From assembly GCA_963721685.1 (NCBI GenBank), contig CAVRJJ010000005.1, positions 39,943 to 103,942 on the forward strand: a stretch of DNA of 64,000 bases, given 5' to 3'. A model generated the notes under the pieces. The model had not been told where the DNA came from. It was given only the letters and a program-made list of their open reading frames with translations, and did no database searches. The DNA is from an uncultured bacterium (lineage in GTDB: Bacteria; Patescibacteriota; Saccharimonadia; UBA4664; SCTI01). Below, in pieces: positions 57,684 through 64,000 of the stretch (the stretch's first letter is position 1; each line of letters starts with the position of its first letter). The position numbers and the translations under genes were made by a program.

Positions 57684-59654
57684 CTACTTAGCGTCAACCT
57701 CATTAACCACTGGCAGGACCATTGGATTGCGCTTAGTCTTTGAGTACAAAAAGTCGGCAATATCATCACGCAAGCTCATTTTGAACTTGCCCCAGTCGAC
57801 AGCGCTGGCCTTGTTACGACGTTCAAATGATTTGCGGATTTCCTGACGCAAACGGCCAATGAGTTCTTCATTTTCTTTCATGTGGACAAACCCGCGGGAA
57901 ATGATGTCGGGGCTGGTTAAGAGTCGGCCGGATTTGCGGTCAACCGTAGCGATAACCACCACCATACCATCGGAACCCAGAGCCAAACGGTCGCGAAGTA
58001 CCAGGTTTTCCACGTCACCCACGCCGGAACCGTCGATTAAAATTATCCCGCTGGGAATACGATCAACCTTTTTAGCGCCTGTGCCAGTAATTTCCAGCAC
58101 ATCTCCATTATCCATAACAAAGGTGTTAGCCGCGGTAACGCCGGCTTTTACGGCCAACTCTGCGTGCCGCACGAGCATATGAAATTCGCCGTGCAATGGC
58201 ATGAAATAAGTTGGCTTTACCAGTTTAATCAGCTGGGTTAAATCATCTTGCGGCGCGTGTCCCGATACGTGGAGGATGCCAAGGTCATCAAGCTCGCGGT
58301 AAGCGTGCTGGTAAACCCGGGCGCCTTCCCGTAGCAAAGCGTCCACTGAGTTAACTACGGCCTTTTCATTACCAGGAATTGGGTTAGAACTTAACACCAC
58401 CGCGTCACCCGGCTTGATTTTAACGTTAGGGTGGTCACCGGTAGACATCCGTGACAACGCCGAATTTACCTCGCCTTGTGAGCCGGTACACAAAATAACC
58501 ATTTGGTCGTCGGAGGTACGCACCGTATCCTGGACCCGAGTAATTAATCCCGGTGGCACTTTGATATACCCCAATTTCACCGCCAGCTCAACATTGGCTA
58601 GCATGCTGCGGCCGATAAAGGCTAATTTGCGGCCAGCCTTATGCGTGGAGTTAATAATGAGCTGCACCCGGGTAAGCGAACTGGAAAAGGTAGAGATAAT
58701 GACCCGTCCGCCGGAGCGGCCCATAATGTCATCAAAGGTAGCTTCGATTTGCTTTTCGTTCGGTGTCGACCCAAGTCGCTCAACGGCCGTGCTGTCACTC
58801 ATAAGCAACAATACCTTTTCCTTACCAATTTCTTCAAACCGGGAAAGGTCCATTTGCTTGCCGTCAATCGGATCAACATCTAAGCGCCAGTCGCCGGTGT
58901 GGATCAACGTTCCTACCGGGGTGCGGATTACCACGGCGGCGGCATCGGGGATTGAGTGGGTTACCCGTACAAGTTCAATATTAAAAACACCCAACTGCAC
59001 CCGTTCGTGCTTGTCCGGATCAAGCACCCGAAAATCAGGTGTAGACTGCAGCTTAAACTCCTCGACTTGCTTTTCCACCATAGCTAAACTTAGCCTGGTG
59101 CCAAAAATCGGTACATGAAATTTGGGCAACACATAGCCGGCGGCGCCAATGTGGTCCATGTGGCCGTGAGTTATGATAATTCCCCGCAGCTTCTGAATAT
59201 TTTTTTCAATATAGGTGGTATCGGGAATAATATAGTCGATGCCGGGCTGAAGCTCGTCGGGAAAGGCAAAGCCCATATCCACCATGATCATATCGTTCTC
59301 ATATTCAATAGCCATCATGTTCTTGCCAACCTCGCCGAGGCCGCCAAGCGGGATGACGCGGATTTTAGGATCCCGATTAACTTGATTAGCTTTGCGGTCT
59401 TTAATTTGGGTGGCCTGGGCACCGCCGGCACCGTTGTAAACCGACTTATTGACGGGCACCACCGGACCATTTAGCGGCTTGAGGACGGGTCCGGATTGCG
59501 GACGGCGGCGAGAGCGTCCGCCGGAGCCGCCGCGGCTAGGTTTTGTCCCGGAAGGGCGGCCAGCACCGGGTTTAGAGGTTGAATTGCCTGCTGGAGAGGC
59601 ATTGCCGTTTGGAGCTGGATTAGCTCCAGCGGCTGGGTTAGGTTTATGTTCCAT
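57684..59654 (-). CDS. rnj: Ribonuclease J (metallo-beta-lactamase / beta-CASP) with Gly/Arg/Pro-rich N-terminal extension
   Basis: IITHGHMDHIGA zinc motif. Confidence 0.9.
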   Translation of the reverse strand: MEHKPNPAAGANPAPNGNASPAGNSTSKPGAGRPSGTKPSRGGSGGRSRRRPQSGPVLKPLNGPVVPVNKSVYNGAGGAQATQIKDRKANQVNRDPKIRVIPLGGLGEVGKNMMAIEYENDMIMVDMGFAFPDELQPGIDYIIPDTTYIEKNIQKLRGIIITHGHMDHIGAAGYVLPKFHVPIFGTRLSLAMVEKQVEEFKLQSTPDFRVLDPDKHERVQLGVFNIELVRVTHSIPDAAAVVIRTPVGTLIHTGDWRLDVDPIDGKQMDLSRFEEIGKEKVLLLMSDSTAVERLGSTPNEKQIEATFDDIMGRSGGRVIISTFSSSLTRVQLIINSTHKAGRKLAFIGRSMLANVELAVKLGYIKVPPGLITRVQDTVRTSDDQMVILCTGSQGEVNSALSRMSTGDHPNVKIKPGDAVVLSSNPIPGNEKAVVNSVDALLREGARVYQHAYRELDDLGILHVSGHAPQDDLTQLIKLVKPTYFMPLHGEFHMLVRHAELAVKAGVTAANTFVMDNGDVLEITGTGAKKVDRIPSGIILIDGSGVGDVENLVLRDRLALGSDGMVVVIATVDRKSGRLLTSPDIISRGFVHMKENEELIGRLRQEIRKSFERRNKASAVDWGKFKMSLRDDIADFLYSKTKRNPMVLPVVNEVDAK

Positions 59655-59663
59655 AAATATTCC

Positions 59664-60260
59664 TTAAGTTATATTAGATGTAATTTTTGATGGATGAGCG
59701 TGAATTTGGGCGAGCACTTGGGGTATAGCGGAAAAGTCTTCAAGTAACGATTTACGCATACCGCCGTTATACAAAGCGGCCGCCGGATGGTAAAGCGGCA
59801 TATACACTTGGCCTCCGCGGCGAAAAGCCCTCCCATGTACTTCTGAAATCTTGAGGTCGGGAAGAAACACATTCATGGCGTGCCTTCCAAGAAATACCAC
59901 CAATTGTGGCTGGATAATAGCGAGCTGCTTGAGCAAATACGGCTTAAAGGCCGCCACTTCTTCAGGAAGCGGATCGCGGTTACCGGGGGGCCGGTATTTA
60001 ACGATATTGGTAATGTAAATATCGGACCGCTGAAGATTAATGCTTTCAAGCATTTCATCTAGGAATTTGCCGGCCGCGCCTACAAAGGGGCGTCCAAGTT
60101 GGTCTTCTTTGGCGCCCGGTGCCTCGCCAATGAACACCACTTCCGCGTCCGGATTAACCTCCCCCATGACTAATTGGGTAGCCTGGGCGGCGAGCTCGGG
60201 TGTAACCTTGTTTTCAATTATGTGCTGGGCTAGGTCGTCTAGCTGTTGCTGCTTGGTCAT
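59664..60260 (-). CDS. Uracil-DNA glycosylase, family 4
   Basis: [20 protein letters not shown] and HPAAALY motifs. Confidence 0.8.
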   Translation of the reverse strand: MTKQQQLDDLAQHIIENKVTPELAAQATQLVMGEVNPDAEVVFIGEAPGAKEDQLGRPFVGAAGKFLDEMLESINLQRSDIYITNIVKYRPPGNRDPLPEEVAAFKPYLLKQLAIIQPQLVVFLGRHAMNVFLPDLKISEVHGRAFRRGGQVYMPLYHPAAALYNGGMRKSLLEDFSAIPQVLAQIHAHPSKITSNIT

Positions 60261-60269
60261 GTCAGGGCG

Positions 60270-62414
60270 CTAATCACGGGACGATGATTCAGCCTTGGCG
60301 GCTTTTATACTCAGATTTAGGCGGCCTTTGTCATCGATCTCCATGAGCTTGACGGTAACTTCATCCCCTTCATGAAGCACGTCAGTAACCTTATCGATCC
60401 GGGTGTTCGCGATTTGCGAAATATGGACCAGCCCGTCTTTTCCTGGCATAACTTCAACAAACGCGCCAAACTCCATAATTTTGACCACCCGGCCGGTGTA
60501 AAGCTTGCCAACTTCAGGACGGGCGGTTAGACGCTGCACCCACGCGATCGCGTCGTTGGCAGCTTCAGCGCTGGTTGAAGCGATCATAACCAAACCGCTG
60601 TCTTCAATATCAATTTCAACGCCGGTTTCAGCAATGATCTTATTGATTGTTTCACCGCCTTTACCAATCACATCTTTAATCGTATCGGGATGAATCATTA
60701 TTTTGGAAATCCTCGGGGCGTGAGGGGCTAACTCAGCCCGCGGCGCGCCGATTACTTCCAGCATTTTTGCCATGATATGGGCACGTCCGCCCAGAGCCTG
60801 GGCGAGCGCCTTTTGCATAATTTCCGGGGTTATACCTTTAACCTTTATGTCCATTTGGAGGGCTGTAATCCCGTCGTCGGTACCGGCTACCTTGAAGTCC
60901 ATGTCGCCGGCGAAGTCTTCCGCCCCCTGGATATCACTGAGGATCACGTAATTCTTTTCGCCGCGAACTAGCCCCATCGCAATACCGGCTACCGGCTTCT
61001 TTATAGGCACCCCGGCGTCCATGAGGCTTAGAGTGCTGCCGCAAACACTAGCCATCGAGGTTGAACCATTGGAACTGACCGCTTCGGAAACGGTCCGGAT
61101 AGTATAGGGGAAATCTTCAACGGCCGGAATCACAGGTACTAGTGCCCGTTCCGCCAGCGCGCCATGACCAATCTCACGGCGGCCGGGGCTGCGCATGGGA
61201 CGGACCTCTCCGGTTGAGTATCCCGGGAAGTTGTAGTGATGCATATAGCGCTTGGTGGTATCCATTTCCATGGTATCAAGGATCTGGGCATAGCTGGTTG
61301 AGGCTAAGGTTGTGATATTGAGCACTTGGGTCGTGCCGCGGGTAAACAGCCCGGAACCGTGGGTCCGCGGAATTATCCCCACCTGCGCGCTAATCGGACG
61401 AATGTCTTCTGGTCCGCGCCCGTCAGGCCTAACTTGGTCGTCCAGGATTGCCCGGCGGATCTCCCCATCAATCACTTTTTCAAAAGCGGTTTCCAGATCA
61501 TCAGAATTAAACTGGCCATCCTCTCCGCCAAACTTGGCCACTACTTCATGGCGCAGGTTTTTAACAGCGTCATGACGCAAATACTGGTTTTCATGCCTGA
61601 CCGCTTCACCTAATTTGTCTTTCAAATAATCTTTGAGTACTGCTTCGGCTTCTTTATTATGCAGATGCAGCTCGTAAGGCTTGGAGGTTGCCTGAACCGC
61701 CTTCTTCAACTGCTCTTGCAGTTCAATAACTGGCTGAATGGCTTTATGGGCGAGTTCAATCGCCTCGATCATAGTAGCCTCATCAACCTCATTAGCTCCC
61801 GCTTCCACCATCATAATAGAATCTTTTGTGCCAGCCACAACCAGGTCTAGGTCGCTAACGGTCATTTCGGCCGAAGTCGGGTAAACCACCAACTTGTCAT
61901 CAATCCGGCCCACCCGCACTCCGGCAATTGGCCCCTCAAACGGCGCACCGGATATGGTGAGGGCGCTGGAAATAGCAATCATTGCAATAATATCGGGGCT
62001 ATACACAAGATCAGCGCTTAAGACCGTGGCAACACCCTGGACATCGTTGCGAAAACCTTTTGGAAAAAGCGGCCGCACCGGGCGGTCGATTAAGCGGGCG
62101 GTCAGCGTAGCCGCTTCACTAGCCCGGCCTTCTCGCTTAATAAATCGGCTGCCGGAAATCTTGCCCGAGGCGTACATCCGCTCTTCATAGTCGATCAGCA
62201 GCGGGAAGAAATCAATTCCCTCCCGGGGTTGGTTTGACATCACGGCCGTTCCTAGCACCATGGTGTCGCCGTAGCGAACCGTAACCGCGCCATCGGCTAA
62301 AAACCCGATTTTCCCGGTTTCAATTGTTAGCTTTTGCCCACAAAAGTCGGCTTCGAACTGTTGCACCTTTCCACCAAAAGGGTGGATGATTTCTTGATGT
62401 GCCATACGCTCCAT
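60270..62414 (-). CDS. pnp: Polynucleotide phosphorylase
   Basis: Two RNase PH domains, KH ([11 protein letters not shown]) and S1 domains; 714 aa. Confidence 0.95.
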   Translation of the reverse strand: MERMAHQEIIHPFGGKVQQFEADFCGQKLTIETGKIGFLADGAVTVRYGDTMVLGTAVMSNQPREGIDFFPLLIDYEERMYASGKISGSRFIKREGRASEAATLTARLIDRPVRPLFPKGFRNDVQGVATVLSADLVYSPDIIAMIAISSALTISGAPFEGPIAGVRVGRIDDKLVVYPTSAEMTVSDLDLVVAGTKDSIMMVEAGANEVDEATMIEAIELAHKAIQPVIELQEQLKKAVQATSKPYELHLHNKEAEAVLKDYLKDKLGEAVRHENQYLRHDAVKNLRHEVVAKFGGEDGQFNSDDLETAFEKVIDGEIRRAILDDQVRPDGRGPEDIRPISAQVGIIPRTHGSGLFTRGTTQVLNITTLASTSYAQILDTMEMDTTKRYMHHYNFPGYSTGEVRPMRSPGRREIGHGALAERALVPVIPAVEDFPYTIRTVSEAVSSNGSTSMASVCGSTLSLMDAGVPIKKPVAGIAMGLVRGEKNYVILSDIQGAEDFAGDMDFKVAGTDDGITALQMDIKVKGITPEIMQKALAQALGGRAHIMAKMLEVIGAPRAELAPHAPRISKIMIHPDTIKDVIGKGGETINKIIAETGVEIDIEDSGLVMIASTSAEAANDAIAWVQRLTARPEVGKLYTGRVVKIMEFGAFVEVMPGKDGLVHISQIANTRIDKVTDVLHEGDEVTVKLMEIDDKGRLNLSIKAAKAESSSRD

Positions 62415-62556
62415 TTCTACATACGTTCCAAGGATAAGAGTCCGATTGCGACGATCGGATTCAAAGCTCTGTCACGTATGTTACATTATTTGCTTCGCCC
62501 CACTTCGGGCGCAGCCTGACGCTTCTTTTCGTAAAAAGCGCCCCGCCGCAACCAAA

Positions 62557-62823
62557 CTACCGGCGCAGATCGAGTTTCTTGATTAATAAACGGTAACGGT
62601 CAGCGTCATTTTTGCTTAAGTAATCCAGCAACCGGCGGCGCTTACCCACCATCTTTAATAAACCGCGCCTGGAGTGCTCATCCTTCTTATGGGATTGGAG
62701 ATGTTTAGTAAGTTCTTGAATCTGCTTGGTAAAAATCCCAACTTGAACCTCCGGGGAACCGGTATCTTTCTTATGGGCTTGGTGGTCGGTAATGACCTTT
62801 TGCTTAATGTCGTTTTTTAGCAT
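62557..62823 (-). CDS. rpsO: 30S ribosomal protein S15
   Basis: [15 protein letters not shown]...; start at internal ATG (62821-62823), giving the canonical 89 aa. Confidence 0.9.
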   Translation of the reverse strand: MLKNDIKQKVITDHQAHKKDTGSPEVQVGIFTKQIQELTKHLQSHKKDEHSRRGLLKMVGKRRRLLDYLSKNDADRYRLLIKKLDLRR

Positions 62824-62877
62824 TGCGCAGTAATGGTACCAAAATAGAGGGTGTAACGCAAGAAACTGATCTGGCAA

Positions 62878-63162
62878 TTACTCCTCGCGGCTTTCTTTTT
62901 GCTCTAGCCTGGCCAAGCGAAAACCATGCTCGGTTACCATCTGTTTCACGACATGAAGGTCCTCGCGGGTGATGGCAATATCGGTAAAGGCGGTATGGAA
63001 TTTTCGCTGGGTAGCGGCCGCGAAACTATCGAATTCAGCCTTAAATTGACTAAGGCGGCCATTGGTTTCGTCAAAGCGTTGGTTGAGCTCATCAAAACCA
63101 GGCTGAACCACATCAGCTATGCTAACTTTTATATTACTAAGGTCGGTTGCCGTTAAGGCCAT
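62878..63162 (-). CDS. Hypothetical small protein between truB and rpsO
   Basis: 94 aa ORF; position usually occupied by ribF in other genomes. Confidence 0.3.
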   Translation of the reverse strand: MALTATDLSNIKVSIADVVQPGFDELNQRFDETNGRLSQFKAEFDSFAAATQRKFHTAFTDIAITREDLHVVKQMVTEHGFRLARLEQKESREE

Positions 63163-63292
63163 AACAAGCTCCTTTGCTTAATGGTAGTGGCATACCTTCA
63201 CTTCCATGCTAATGAACATTATGCGAACAAACAAGTCTGTTTCTTGAAGGATGGAAGGAATAAAATAATGTTTTTATTATACGCTTCTTTTC

Positions 63293-63967
63293 TTACTTTT
63301 TTGTTAAATCAAGTCCGGCGTTGAGTTGGCTCTTAAGTGTGGCGGATTGAACGTCAGAAAGCCGATACGCGTCGGTTACGCTAAATTTTCCAATCTGCAT
63401 TCGCCGCAACTGGCTTAAGTAGGCGCCCGTCCCAAGCTTATGGCCAACATCTACGGCCAGGGAACGGATATAGGTGCCGCTTGAAACCTCAGCCTCGATG
63501 CCCACAACCGGATAATTATAGGCCTGCAGCTTAAGCTTATGAATGGTAACGTGCCTGGGGGGCATAAGAAACTCTTTGCCTTTACGGGCTAACTTGTAGG
63601 CGCGCACTCCCCCAATTTTAATTGCCGAATAGGCGGAAGGAATTTGGCTAATCTCACCGGTTAGCGCAGTTAAAGCACCTGCCACATCCGCCCGGGAAGG
63701 CTGGCGCGAATCGGCTTTGGTTATGGTGCCCTCCCGGTCGCCGGTTGAGGAAGTCGCGCCCAAGGTTATTTCACCCTGGTAGAGCTTATCCAGTCCCACT
63801 AGATGACGCGCCTGTTTGGTGGCACTTCCAAACAGCATAATCATTAAGCCGGTAGCTGCCGGGTCCAAAGTGCCAACATGGCCAATTTTGCGAACCCCGG
63901 TTTGGCGGCGCAAGCTTCTAATAATATCAAAGGAACTGATACCGGCCGGCTTATCAATTAAGAGCAC
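63293..63967 (-). CDS. truB: tRNA pseudouridine(55) synthase TruB (GTG start at 63967 or start beyond window edge)
   Basis: LLIDKPAGISSFD and GHVGTLDPAATGLM motifs; in-frame sequence continues to window end without stop. Confidence 0.85.
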   Translation of the reverse strand: MLLIDKPAGISSFDIIRSLRRQTGVRKIGHVGTLDPAATGLMIMLFGSATKQARHLVGLDKLYQGEITLGATSSTGDREGTITKADSRQPSRADVAGALTALTGEISQIPSAYSAIKIGGVRAYKLARKGKEFLMPPRHVTIHKLKLQAYNYPVVGIEAEVSSGTYIRSLAVDVGHKLGTGAYLSQLRRMQIGKFSVTDAYRLSDVQSATLKSQLNAGLDLTKK

Positions 63968-64000
63968 ACCGCTCAGATCGGCGGGAACTTCTGTTTTTTT

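Overview
This is a 64 kb bacterial chromosomal window, about 50 % G+C by eye, very gene-dense, with almost every gene on the minus strand. It reads like a small monoderm or CPR/Patescibacteria-like genome; that is inference only.

Window layout:
- 1-5.4 kb: partial cation/proton antiporter, a PLP-dependent enzyme, a CcdA plus secreted-thioredoxin disulfide-reductase pair, and an ABC exporter.
- 5.4-8.8 kb: an apparent accessory region next to tRNA-Asp. It holds several degenerate copies of the tRNA 3' end (att-site-like), G+C-rich gene debris and a RelE-type toxin/antitoxin pair 13 nt downstream of the tRNA.
- 8.8-23.1 kb: housekeeping genes. These are a parvulin peptidyl-prolyl isomerase, tRNA-Arg, ndk, an M16 peptidase, an O-antigen-ligase-like TPR protein, a PadR regulator, the translationally coupled carA-carB-pyrB operon, pyrC and an amidinotransferase-superfamily enzyme.
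- 23.1-23.3 kb: an 11-bp tandem repeat of about 9 copies, followed by a sigma70-like promoter and a XerC-like tyrosine recombinase.
- 24.2-37.4 kb: a contiguous type IV pilus locus. It encodes minor pilins, a pilin fused to a bulb-type lectin domain, pilD, the major pilin, pilC, pilT, pilB and pilM/N/O. No secretin is present in the window.
- 37.4-46.4 kb: an accessory surface block. It contains a roughly 1060 aa secreted protein split by one in-frame TAG, a G+C-rich small secreted protein, an S8 subtilase, and three tandem paralogous membrane-anchored surface proteins with near-identical promoters and 5' ends. The third paralog is frameshifted.
- 46.4-64 kb: core genes. These are ychF, tlyA, efp, rpsR, ssb, rpsF, recX, recA, a frameshifted Fic/Doc toxin locus, yajQ, a RodZ-like protein, ftsK, RNase J, a family-4 uracil-DNA glycosylase, pnp, rpsO and truB.

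pilT carries an apparent +1 frameshift near a G9 homopolymer. No CRISPR array and no rRNA gene were found.
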